The position numbers and the translations under genes are program-made. Below the pieces are notes generated by a model. The model was not told the DNA's origin. It saw only the letters and a program-made list of their open reading frames with translations, and searched no databases. DNA of 63,172 nucleotides, filler included, from Nemertoderma westbladi (Eukaryota > Animalia > Xenacoelomorpha): NCBI GenBank assembly GCA_032718475.1. It is 5 parts of 5 records of this genome, joined end to end, with 100 filler letters (N's around TTAATTAATTAA, not from the genome) between each part and the next. Parts side by side here need not be neighbours in the genome. Positions count along the whole stretch, not along the records: positions 24,141 to 41,216 come from JAUCBJ010001260.1; 4 more parts are not named here. One strand, written 5' to 3'. How positions within the stretch are numbered: the stretch's first letter is position 1; every line of letters begins with the position of its first letter. Positions 24,661 through 36,715 of the stretch are shown piece after piece.

Positions 24661-25587
24661 CCGGTGTAACAGGAAAATATGCCCCCCCGGGAAATGTGCC
24701 CGGGGGGGGGCATATTTTCCTAGGAAAAAATGTCCCCCCGGGCAAATTTCCCTAGGAAAAAATGCCCCCCCCTTAGGAAATTATGCCCCCCCTGAATTAT
24801 ACAATAAACAAAACTTATTACTACTAAAACTTACAAAAATTATACAAAACAATAAACAGTCACTTTACCAAATGAAGGAAAGGAGCAGGTTACAGAGGCA
24901 GGCCTTTCTAACCAAAACAATAAACGATCATTTAACTAATTGAGGGAAAGGAGCAGGTTACAGAGGCGGGATTTTCTAACCAAAACAATAAACAGTCACT
25001 TTAGTAAATCAGGGAAAGGAGCAGGTTACAGAGACGGGATTTTCTAACCAAAACAATAAACGATAACATTACCAATTGAGAGAAAGGAGCAGGTTACAGA
25101 GGCGGGATTTTCTAACCAAAACAATAAACAATCACTTTACCAAATCAGGGAAAGGAGCAGGTTATTACAGACTTAAAAAAGCTTGGAGCTGCTCGGCGCC
25201 CACACAACACCACACACTCGCACTGCTGTTATACCAGTACTTACTACAGTAGCCTACTGACTTAGATACTTCAGTATGCTGTTCTACATCCCTTACTGCC
25301 TTACCTGCTTACCTACCGGCAGACCGGTACCGTACTATTCTTCCAACTATTACAAGTTCTGCAGTTGGTAGATTAAAAGTGGCTACCAGCAGACCAGTAT
25401 CGTACCAGTTTTCAGACTTTTGAGGGGGGCTAATTTTCCTGAGGGGAGGCATTATTTCCTAAGGAGAAAATGCCCCCCCCCCCGGGCTAAATTTCCTAGG
25501 AAAAATTGCCCGGGGGGACATAATATCCTAGGAAATAATGACCCGGGGGGCATATTCTAGGGGGGGCTGATTTCCTTGTGACACCGG
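24661..25587. mobile_element. Non-autonomous TIR element (MITE) with TA flanks
   Basis: TA|CCGGTGTAACAGGAAA ... TTTCCTTGTGACACCGG|TA, with mirrored subterminal CCTAGGAAAA/poly-C/poly-G repeats. Confidence 0.8.
24845..25165 (+). repeat. ~68-bp minisatellite array inside the MITE
   Basis: Core GAAAGGAGCAGGTTACAGAGGCGGGATTTTCTAACCAAAACAATAAAC, about five copies. Confidence 0.9.
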
Positions 25588-25671
25588 TACCGGCACCGAC
25601 TGCTGTAGGCCTACTGTGTTGTGTAGCTTACCATTTAAATACGGTACTGGTATAGGCCTTCCGGCTGACCG

Positions 25672-26200
25672 GTTGTTTTGGTTAGAAAATCCCGCCTCAT
25701 CTGTAACCTGCTCCTTTGCTTGATTTGGTAAAGTGACCGTTTATTGTTTTGGTTAGAAAGGCCCGCCTCTGTAACCTGCTCCTTTGCTTCATTTTGTAAA
25801 GGGACTGTTTATTGTTTTGGTTAGAAAATCCCGCCTCTGTAACCTGCCCCTTTCCCTCAATTAATTAAGTGATCGTTTATTGTTTTGGTTAGGAAATCCC
25901 GCCTCTGTAACCTGCTCCTTTCCCTGATTTGGTAAAGTTGCTGTTCATTGTTTTGGTTAGAAAATCCTGCACCTGTAACCTGCTCCTTTCTCTCAATTGG
26001 TAATGTTATCGTTTATTGTTTTGGTTAGAAAATCCCGTCTCTTTAACCTGCTCCTTTCCCTCAATTAGTTAAATGATCGTTTATTGTTTTGGTTAGAAAA
26101 TCCCGCCTCTGTAACCTGCTCCTTTCCCTGATTTGGTAAAGTGACTATTTATTGTTTTGGTTAGAAAATCCGGCCTTAACCTGCTCCCTTTCCATCAATT
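25672..26200 (-). repeat. Second array of the same ~68-bp unit, inverted
   Basis: About eight copies of GTTTATTGTTTTGGTTAGAAAATCCCGCCTCTGTAACCTGCTCCTTT. Confidence 0.9.
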
Positions 26201-26554
26201 GGTAATTGTTTTTGGCTATATAATGAGTGTTTTGCTACGTCATGTGGTAATCGATTATCGACAACAACCACAAACTATTAAATTTAGAGTCTTTTACAAC
26301 AGGCGCATATGGAATTCTATCGCATAGTCTATAAATCATGGAATCATGGAATGTTTTGGCATAGGCATGTTGAAATCAACTGTCTGACAGTCCAGAAATC
26401 AGCAGTCTGACAGTTTGAAGAAATACATACATAAAAAGTCATTAAAAGGACAATAAAAGTCATTAAAAGGACAACAAAAGTCATTATGCACAATTCGTAA
26501 AAAAAAGGAGGACAAAAAAAGTAAAATAAAAGGACATAAAAAATCACTGCCCTT

Positions 26555-26700
26555 TTTTTCCTTAGCTACAAGCAGATAAGAGGGGTTATAACTTTTCGCC
26601 GTATCCGTATCCGTATTTCGTATGCATTTGTCGTATCCGTATGTACATACGCGTATGTGCGTATGTAATGGATTCCTATGGAGAATAATCCGTATGTGAT
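26555..26700 (+). mobile_element. Possible 5' end of a Helentron/DINE-1-like non-autonomous element
   Basis: T-rich start, TTAGCT...GGTTAT, then a (CCGTAT)n/CGTATG microsatellite. Architecture only. Confidence 0.3.
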
Positions 26701-27983
26701 TTTAGAGATTAGGCATTGCGGACCAGTAAGACTAAAGACAGACTAGGCCTACTTAAAGCTAAGTGATTTAAAGAGTGTGGCTTTTATCAAATAAACAATG
26801 CAGGACAGGTCCAGGTCTCCAGGATGAGTGACAGCCGGTGTCCGCCAGCCCTGGGATGCACCAGCAGTGCAGTACCTAATTAACCATAACTCTTCTTGAC
26901 GCTGCTTGGAAATCTAACCAACCGCGATTTATTTTTGAACTGTTTTTCCACCAACCTGGCTACAGTATAGAATGTTATTGGTTGCTACAGTATATGCCAC
27001 TAACATACAGTCACGCTCTCCACCACAATACTTTTGTTCCACCTACTCCACCTAAAATCCACCTGAATCCACTTTAATGGCCACTTCCACCTGATATCCA
27101 CCCATAGTCCACGTACTCCACTCAACTTACATCTTAATGTTGTTTATCTGTCAATAATGCAACAGTTCCTAAATCATATTCTTGGTAACTTAATCTCGGT
27201 ATCTGTTCAATTGTGGGGAATTCCTGTGAAATTTAGCTTGCAGCGGTTTGGAGCAATACAGAAGGGTTTCCAGACCCAAGGTACTTACACAATTAAGAAG
27301 CAGTGCAGTCTGGAGGAGGGCTGATAATAATCATACTACTACCATCCCGTGTCACAGAACATGGAGAAACACACAAATGGTTATCAGTCATTTATCAAAT
27401 GCTTAGAAATAAACATATAAAAATGTGCCTGGCGTTTATATGTTTGTTGTATGTTGCTTATGTGTTATTTTAAAATTTTTGTATATTTTCAACGTTTACT
27501 TAGTAGATTTTGCAAGCAACCCTTAAATAGTTTATAAATTTAACTGTGGTGCCACACATCTAATTTGATTGGCTAAAGTGTTTAATAGAGATCTGTGCTT
27601 TGTCAGTGTAAGCATATACCGTAATTTAGGAAATTTTGTATGTTTTGAATAATGAATTATTTTCCTATGAATCATGAATGATTCACATCTTCCTATGAAT
27701 GAATCATTTTCCTAAACTTGCGAACTTTGTTCATATATTTATCAGTGTTAGCAGAACCAATAATTTCAAATTTTCGAAACGTGAACAGTATGACCGTGTG
27801 TCTTAAACCATGCATATGAATCTTATTTTTAATTGAATATAATTTTTTGAAATAATTTTTGAGCTTATTTAATTAATTAACTTTATTTATTTTTTATTAT
27901 TAATTATTTTTTCTTCCCTTCCTTTTTTTTTACATTATTTTTAATTTAACTAATTCTCAGTTGGACAAATACAGACGGACGTT

Positions 27984-29110
27984 ATGGACGCCCTCGACCA
28001 AGTGGAGGAACCAATCCATCTAGAAGCGACCTCAGTAGCTACCACTGTCATGCCCACCCCTGACAATGAGTCCGTGTTAATCGAATGGTATCGCGGGACC
28101 GAGCGGCTCACGGTTCGAGGTTCCCGTTATGCGTTATTTCGCAAACATGTTCATTGTGCGCATTGTGGTCTTCGCACATACAAGGCTCCCACCCAACCTG
28201 GAGTTCTTTGTGAGCACCTCACCGATAGTCACATCCAACTCTATTGTCCCTACTGCCGCATTAACGACGATCACATCTTCTTCTCCTGTCTAGCCTTCAC
28301 CACCCAGTGCAAGCGTTGCCAGCTCAAGGGACATAGTAGTCCAAACTGCCCTGGTCCTGACATTGAGGTAGAAGATAAAACAAGTGTCACACGATACATT
28401 CGATCGTGGGAAGATGCGAAGAAATCAACGCGATCACCACATCCTGATACGCCGCAGCGAAAGCTCACCTTGGAGTATACGCGGTTGCCCCATTCACCTG
28501 CGCAACAGATGTTCGGCGTGCTTGGCTACCAAGTTACGAGCTCCTCAACCGTGTAGCTTCCTGCACGAACACCCGCTTCGTCCGACGCTTCCTTCGCAAG
28601 ATACACCCAGAGCGCGCGACATCCTATGATATAATAAAGTTCATTAGTGACTCTATATTTTATGGTCCACAGTTCCTGGAAGGATATTCCGAGCTGCTCC
28701 CACAGCATCGAGTTTTCAGCGAACACGCTCAGTGTGAAAGACCAGTTCTCCACACTTTGCCTCCAAGAATTTTCCTCGGCAAGCAACCCCCATTTGGTGT
28801 CGATACCCAAACCATCCCCTCCGGACCAGTGCAGGCTGCTGTGCGGAAATGCTTAGCTGCTCCTCCGGGATTAGAGATCCGTCCACCAGCTGTCGACTCG
28901 GGCGCAATGAGACCGGTTGAGTTCCTGTCCTTGCCTGGCACCTCCACCGGGACATACACCGACCATCTGATTTCACCAACACCAGACGCGGTAGATATAC
29001 ACCCGGGTCCCAATGAGATGCTTTCAAGCAACGACCTGACGTTACCCACGCCCCAAACGACTCTTTATGCGAAATACCCCCAAACATCCCAAGCGAAAGC
29101 GATGATATAA
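27984..29110 (+). pseudogene. Second member of the multi-zinc-knuckle family (frameshifted after ~aa 155)
   Basis: CPYCRINDDHIFFSC, CKRCQLKGHSSPNC, RYIRSWE, (shifted frame) KAHLGVYAVAPF, GPVQAAVRK and GTSTGTYTDH all match the 16065-17353 copy in order. TTCTCAG acceptor upstream of the ATG. Confidence 0.75.
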
Positions 29111-29657
29111 GATTATTATTAGTTAGCCTGTCATTCTTTATAAAATCACTGTACTCGTACGTCAACAGCTAAGTACGTTATAAAACTATCATATTTGTAA
29201 ATAATGAACAATACAGTATGTATTTCTCACTGTAAGAATGAAACTCGATATATTGGTCGAATTTATGTATTTTTATATTTGAAGGATAATATGACTCAAT
29301 ATTTACTTACTTACGTCGATTAATTTACCAACCTACCATATTTGTAAATATATCAAACTCTAATGTTGTTTGAAAGTTCGTTTAATGCTTATTTAGTCCT
29401 ACCAGAAGTGACTCAACGAACTTTATTGTTTTATATGAGGAAGTTGATCTACCTTAATTAATTTCGTTTAAGTTTAGTTAGATTGTTTATCGCATCTAAT
29501 TGTATGTAGCGAGTATTTAATATCGATGTTACCTTTGATCGTTGAAAGATTGTATTGTATATACACTTTTCCACGCAAATTTCCGAAAAAATTCCTGCAC
29601 ACGCTAACTGCGTATCAAAATCGTATATTTTTATTAGAGAACTATTCAACTTCTGTG

Positions 29658-30026
29658 TGTATGATATTTATGCCTAACTCATATTGTATACCACCGTGAA
29701 TCTTGTTTATATGTTGCCTAGCAGCAGTTATGGTAGTGCTGAACTCTCATTGGTAACTACCGGCACAGTTATTCTTGCGCCCTATTGGCTGTTCTATTCT
29801 TGCAGTGCTTATATAGTCGATGTTCATCTCATTATTCTCAGGCATAACCTGGCAACATATTAAGCCCGTTACTAGTCATGTATGTAACTAGCAGGACTCG
29901 TGATACTTCACCTTATTGCGTGCATTTATTATTAGTTACTATTATTGCTTTACCTTGTTGATGAATATACAAACTGAGGATATGGAAAACCGCCATTTAA
30001 TTTAAATATGTAATTGACATCTTACA
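29658..30026 (+). mobile_element. Possible solo LTR
   Basis: Imperfect inverted termini TGTATGAT...ATCTTACA, with internal ATTGG boxes and TATATA. No TSD found. Confidence 0.25.
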
Positions 30027-30522
30027 GTTGTATGATTAAATCCGGTACTTTCCCAAGTGTGTTATTTTTTGGTGTAGATTTTAATTACAGCTGTGTTCGC
30101 CTATGTTCCGCCTGTATTCTATTGTGTTCTGCTGTGTTCTACTGTGTTCTGCTGTGTTCTGTAAAAAGATATATCCAGATACTAAGTGTTAGGCCTACAC
30201 AGTGATCTATTTATTACTGGTTACTTGGATTTGAGGTTGGTCGATCGATTGGTTGCTTGGACTGAGTATTTGTAATTGGATGCTCGGATTTGTAACAAAT
30301 TATAACCAAGGACAAGTTGCGACAGGGTGCTCATATTTGAAACCAAACTTACTGATTTGTAATGAGGAAAACAGATTTGTAAATTTATTTATTAATAATA
30401 ATTGAGATATTACCAATTAACAACCAAGAAAAAATAACTTACACCCATCACCCCAGTATTACTGTACAGTAGTACAGTAGGTTTATTTTTTATTAATCAG
30501 TACATTGTGTATGCTTGTAATT

Positions 30523-30759
30523 TTAGCCGGAGTTCCAATTTCCATTGAAAGGTCCTGGAGGTGGTGGAGGAGGTGGGGGAGGAGGAGCTGTAGAAGAAGG
30601 ACTAGGAGGTACGTCCCGAACCGCATCACCGCGCTTTTCATTTAATGCCTCATAGCCATTACCGGTATCTCTTGTATCCCGTAACAGCGGCATCCCATCA
30701 ACAGCCAATGCAACAAACAGTAGAACAGCGATTACTATATGTTGTAGTTGTAGCTGCAT
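30523..30759 (-). CDS. 78-aa secreted peptide precursor (signal peptide, KR site, poly-Pro, C-terminal Gly)
   Basis: Hydrophobic leader IVIAVLLFVALAVDG, then EKR, P10 and ...NGNWNSG-stop. TTGCAG acceptor 6 nt before the ATG. AATAAA about 35-40 nt after the stop. Confidence 0.7.
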   Translation of the reverse strand: MQLQLQHIVIAVLLFVALAVDGMPLLRDTRDTGNGYEALNEKRGDAVRDVPPSPSSTAPPPPPPPPPPGPFNGNWNSG

Positions 30760-31786
30760 CTTTCCTGCAATTATAGAGATTGCAAACGAAAAACACTTAT
30801 AACTTTTTGAATATTAAATTTTTAAACTGTAATTTTATTAACTACAGTAGATTACAACTTGGCTAAGTAATTTTGTTCGAAAATTTTAATTCTAATGCTA
30901 TCAAACAATAAATTGTCAATTTTCTACATCATGTTGGCCTACAAATCAGGGGCGGACCGAGGGTGTGCTGTGCTGTGCAAATAGAACTAAAAAACTAAAA
31001 TCCCCCCCCCCCCCCCCCCCCCCCCCCGATGATAAATGTCTTATCATAATTACAATATTTTTTAATAAAATTACAATAATTTTGTGGTTGTTGCATTTAT
31101 ACCTTTTAACTCGTATCCACTATGTTTGTTGTTAGCTCTAAATTTTACCATAATTATGTTGTAAATATTGTAAATAGTGTTTCCAAACTATTGAAGGTCA
31201 TTTTATTTATCAATGTTTTTTCTATTTTTTACTGTTTTCCGATAAAACACATTTTCGAGGACATGTTGAAAACCATATACTGTACATTAGTTTGTTGCCG
31301 TTACCTTTTCCTACTTTATATGTTATATTTTAATGCTATCCTTAGTGCTTGTTTTAACTGATTTAACGTCCAATAAAAAAATTCAAATTTCCCCTCCCCC
31401 CATTATAAATGTGCAGCATAAATTGCAATTATTTTGGTTCACAGAATTTTAAATAATTAAAATTATTTTGATTAAAATTAAACGCTTATAACGAGTACTA
31501 TAAATTATATTGGCCTAAAGTTGTTAAACAATCATAAAGATGTTAAATAATCCCATGTTAAATAAGTACTGTACAGATGTTCTGGGATGATTTCATGAAT
31601 CATGACATGGGCTCCCTGTTCGCGCTTTTGTAACTTCACACTTTCATTAACAAACAATTAGTGCTTAACTTCAGAATTCCCACTCAAATCAGGCCAGTAA
31701 CATTAAAATATATATCAAACTTGCGCGGCGTATAACCCAAAGGGAGTAGTCCGATAAATATTGGCAGTATACTGTACTGTACAGTA

Positions 31787-33708
31787 TACAACTACAGCGG
31801 CCAAGAATGCAGTTAAGGCTGCATCTAGGTCCCTGAACAGGCAGTACTCTGTTAATTTACAGGAGCTAATAAACCAACAGGTTGATGCCATAAATGATGC
31901 TGGCGACAGCAGGCAATCATCCCAGGCATGGAGATCGATCAACTTGCTTGCTGGTCGAAAAAGCCAACCAACCACCAAGGTTAAGGCTGAATCACCAGCC
32001 GATCGCCTCAATGGTTGGAAGGCCCACTTTGAAAAGCTCCTCAATAATGACAGGGTATTGCCTGATAACTTTATAGAAGTAAAAGTGTCTGAGTCTGTAC
32101 TCCCAGATATTCCCATTGGTGATATCTCCTTTTGCAGAAGTGAAGGCTGCTGCAAAGAGCATTAAGACCAATCGTGCCAGTGGAGTAGATGGTGTTCCCC
32201 CTGAGGTCTTTAAAATACCTGAGTGTTTAAAGCTCATCTATCCCATCATAGTAGACATGTACCGTACAACAAGAGTCCCACAAGAAATGAAAACTAATAA
32301 GTTGGTGCCAGTTCCCAAGAAGGGCAACCTAACACTCTATGGTTCTTTTCGGGGATTCTCTTTGATCTCGATTGCTGCATAGCTATACAATAGAATTCTA
32401 TTAAATCGCATCAGGGATCCCATTGAGAGACTGCTCCGTGGAAATCAGAATGGGTTCCGTAAAGGTCGTGGGACCATGGAGCCCATTTTGGCACTTAGAA
32501 GGATAAATTGAAGAGTTATCAAAAAAGAAAGACAGGCATCTGGCTGTTATCTTTGTTGACTTCTTCAAGGCCTTTGATTCAGTCTCTCGCTCACGTATGT
32601 TCAGCATACTTTCATTATATGGGATTCCTGATGAAATTATTGCAGCAATCAGATCAGTATACGATGGTTCGACAACATTTGTGTCTACTGTTGACGGTGA
32701 CACAGAACCATTTGAAGTGTTATGGGGCGTCCTCCAGGGAGATACACTTGCACCATTCTTGTTCATAATTGTTGTTGACTATGTTCTACGCATGTCCTTA
32801 GATCATCATCATGATGATGGGGTGATGATAACTCCACCTACTGGCTCCAGAAGTTGAGGAAATCTTGCCAAGTACCTATCTGATCTAGAATTTGCTGATG
32901 ACTTAGGAGTACTCTCAGAATCACTAGAGGGAGCCCAACGGCTCCTCAGCTCATTAGAACATGCTGCTTCTAGTGTTGGTCTTTTTTTTAACTCCAGAAA
33001 GACCAAAATTTTGACAGTTAACTTTGAAAGTCCTCAGCAAGTCTCTGATCGGATGAGCATAACCTGAATATATGGTATGCTTGAGCATGTGGATGACTTC
33101 TGTTACCTGGGATCATGGATCCGGAAGTCAGGTGAAGACCTTCGAATACGTAAGGGAAAGGCATGGGCGACCTTGAATAGGCTTTCCAGGATTTGGAAGT
33201 CACCGAGAATTAATCGGAAACTTAAGGTCCGGTTATTTAGAGCAGCAGTAGTTCCAGTACTCCTCTATGGGAGTCCATGCTGGGCTCTAACTGCTGAGGA
33301 CACCAAATCTCTGGACGGCACATTCACAAGAATGCTACGCTGGGTTCATTGTGTCAAGTTCAATGCACACATGTCCAACCGGACACTATATAACATTGGA
33401 GGTGTCTCATTGGTTCCCCCAAGCTTAGCACTAGAACAAAATCGCTTCCGCTTTGTAGGACATTGCTTTCGCCGTGAGGACCAGCCAGTGCATAATCTTG
33501 TACTTTGGCAGCCTCATGGAGTGAATAAGCATGGTGGACAGCCCATGACTTTCTTGAGACGCATCTTAAAGGACACTGGCCTTGAAGATGCGGATGATCT
33601 AGCAAATGTCATGGGTGATAGGGAGTTGTTGCGGTGAAATTTTGTCGATAAGCCGGCACAGCATTCTTAAAAATGCAGCTGCAATGCAGCATGCCGATCC
33701 TAGTAGTA
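31787..33708 (+). mobile_element. 5'-truncated, decayed RTE LINE (family B)
   Basis: RT motifs spread over several frames, a (TAG)3 tail, and TSD GTACTGTACAGTA at 31774-31786 and 33709-33721. Confidence 0.9.
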
Positions 33709-33730
33709 GTACTGTACAGTAAGATAAGTT

Positions 33731-36715
33731 TTTTTTTTTTTTTTTTTTCCCCTGGGATATGAATCCGTATATTTATTATTAAAACTAGTAAAAACAGCTG
33801 ATGCACATCAGATCGCACAGTAACCACCACCAACAACCAGACAAATATACACTGTTAAATTAGTACTACAGTTAGTATATGATACTGTCTGACTGTCCTC
33901 CAAACTTAGAGGGTTGTTATCCACAGTCGCCAACGCCGGGTTGCAGTCGGCATTGCTGTGGATGATCGACTCCACGTCGCACCGAACCGGACGCCGCTTA
34001 GCTGATCGGCAGCCGCGAAGGCACAGGAGGGCTGACCGCAAAAGGGCGAAACTCAACCTCCTGCGAACCCACACAACACACTCTGAATAGCGGACCTCGC
34101 GTTTGTCAGCCAGTTTCAATGCGAGACGCTCAATAAACTGTGTGGCTGACGGTGAAGCTCCACCAAACACAGAGAATATAAGGGGAGTGAAGCTGGCGTG
34201 CTCCACCTCCCTCAACCGCTCTTCGTATTTGAGCCTCTTGCGAGACTCGTGGTGTAGGTGGGATGCCGGAAGGGACATCGCAGCGTTGGTGTCCGCCAGC
34301 GGGTTGAAGACAGACACGTCGATGAACGTTTTCCGGAAACGGTTTCCCCAGAATCCGCTCACCGACACATCCAGCCTCGCCTGCTGGTCCGTCGATGTCG
34401 ACCGATGGCTGAACGTCTCGCCCGATAATGGCTGCAGAAGCGGTTCCACCCCGACATTGTGTGCCACTTCCGTCAGGGTATCGGCGACAAAATCGCGAAT
34501 CTCGTTGTGCCGTATGGAGGGGAACCCTCTGGTGGGGCACGACAGCACATGGGACGAAGTAAATCGCACCCCACAGGCACAACGAAATGGTAGATTTCGC
34601 AGCGTCCACCCGTAGCGGAGGCACAGGGAATCATGGAACCCTTCCTTATCGAGGTGAGTATCCTGTAAGGTCATAGGTTTACAGTTTAGCCAGGATGAAG
34701 CTCCTTTCTCTCCCACTAGATCACACAGTTGCTGTTGATTCTGTGGCAGCTTACTGCACACTTCTTCCTTCTTTTCTTTGTTTGCAGCTGCTGTCACTAT
34801 TTTGAGAGTCTTTATGATGTATCTGCGGTGGCCCCTACGAACGGTTCGCAGACTCGGCGGGAGTTCCGGTATTGAGACTCGAGATCCCGAGGGATCGGGA
34901 CATTCAGCCCCCCATCGCGAACCGGCAGCGACAACAACTCCCGCTCCTCCATCAGACTCCTCCAGCTTCCCGAACTGCTCCGTTGCCCCCGGTACGATCC
35001 GCGCTATGTACCACCACTGGCAGGCCAGCCCGAACCCTAGTCCCGCATAGGCGCAGTGGGGATCCACCGCGGCTATATCTGCTAGCCGATCGACCTCGGC
35101 TGCGAACTCTGCGACCTTCTCTAAGAGGAACTGCCGACGGAACTCCTCAGTGCCAATGACACCACTGAGAAGTTTACTTCCAACGATATTAATTGCAATG
35201 TTGGTGCCGGCGAACAACTCCTCCGTCTCCAGTAACCTGTCCAACTTCACCGTGAGGCAGCACTTGGTGGGGTAATACCCATAATAATCGGTTAGACTCC
35301 CCGCTGCGTTCCCGTCATCCACGAACCACCATTGCTCCGTGGTGCACCCCTGTTCCAACTCATTCACCAAAGGCATTCCCCCACACCCATCCATGGCCAT
35401 CGCTACGGGGTCCCCTTGAGTCGTTCCCTCCTCTGACAGTAAGGTTTCCCCACCCACGAAAAGCCGCGCCGGCTCGCTATAACAATTTGATACAATTGTG
35501 TGGAGTCCGGGACACACCACGCGGATATTATGAAGCGCCCCCTGGCGGTTGAGGGCGTTAAACGCGTTAGTGGCATCAACTTGGAGAACACCATCACAGT
35601 CATCACGGTCAAATGGCGTCGTTAAGGCTATGGACAGCGAACTTGATCCCTGACTTCTGTCCAAGGCATAGCTGCACGGACGGCGGGTCCGTGAGCTTCG
35701 AAATCCTCGCGAATACAACGGATCGCCGCCTTCCCAATAACCCGCCGTAGAACCTCTCCGATCCCGATGGGCCGGACGCCTGGATTATTGTCCAACGCGA
35801 TGAGTCGAGCAAACAATAGAGCTGACAGGGAACCGGATGGTACGAGAGACTGCGACATCACCCTGCCCAACTGCGCTAACTGATCGCATAACTCGTTGGG
35901 CTGAGTGTGGAACTTCGTCAGGTGTTTCCACCCCTGCACATCCATACCAGAGGGACCTGCGGCGTTTCCTTTCATCCTTAACTAGCTGGTCAAGATTAAC
36001 TGCCCATTCAGCTGCTCAAACACTACCGGGTGGTGCTCGGGTGCTCCCTCGAACTCATCCAACAGAATTGACTCGTCTGCCGGTTTGGTGGGTGGGTGTT
36101 TATCTAGCAGCACATCTTGTACCACCTTTGTCTCTCCATCTTTGTCAGTGAATGTATCGTCGAGTCCCATTGGTTTACCCCGGTGTAACTGACCCAGGCA
36201 CCTTGTCGCTGCCGAGATGTTCCCTGTCAGCATATGGCGGACAAAAGCTTTCTGGAGCGCCACGTTCTGAGACTCCGGACGCGCCCGTTTTGGGCGATGA
36301 GACTAGATAACCCTAGCCTCGACAAGCAGTTCGTGGAACTCAGCCCTCTTCCAACTCGCCAGCCTCCGCCCAGCACGCTCCTGTGATTGGCCGTTGTAGA
36401 CGTCTGGCTGGGGTTCTGCAGGAGCAGCGCCGGCAGTATCATCAACGCCGATAGGGCGACATTTCGTAGTGGGTTATCCATAGTTGCTAGATGATACTAC
36501 AGTCTCTATGTGCTTTCGCGCAGACGCATTTCCTGCACCGACCAGTCTTCCCGTTGCAGCCACAACAGGCTGCCATTTAAGATCAACTAAGCAAACGCGT
36601 GTGGCGATTAGCTGCCGATTTCCGTCCAAGTATGGCGTCAAGCAGTCTGGCAGTCAGTATGCACGCAGACAGTAGTACAGAAGATGCGGTAGCAAGAATC
36701 TGCTACTGCTACTGC
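33731..36715 (-). mobile_element. CRE-clade-like non-LTR retrotransposon (RT + CCHC + restriction-like endonuclease), decayed
   Basis: GVRPIGIGEVLRR, DATNAFN, GTTQGDP, FVDD, CACG...HVLSC, RHNEIRD, RLDV...DVSV...KRLKY. Poly(A) appears as the T-run at 33729-33747. 16-bp TSD TACAGTAAGATAAGTT at 33715-33730 and 36716-36731. Confidence 0.88.

Noticed and set aside
24845-26200. CRISPR-like core plus variable spacer pattern
   Set aside because: The variable parts are related to each other and recur, so this is a minisatellite.
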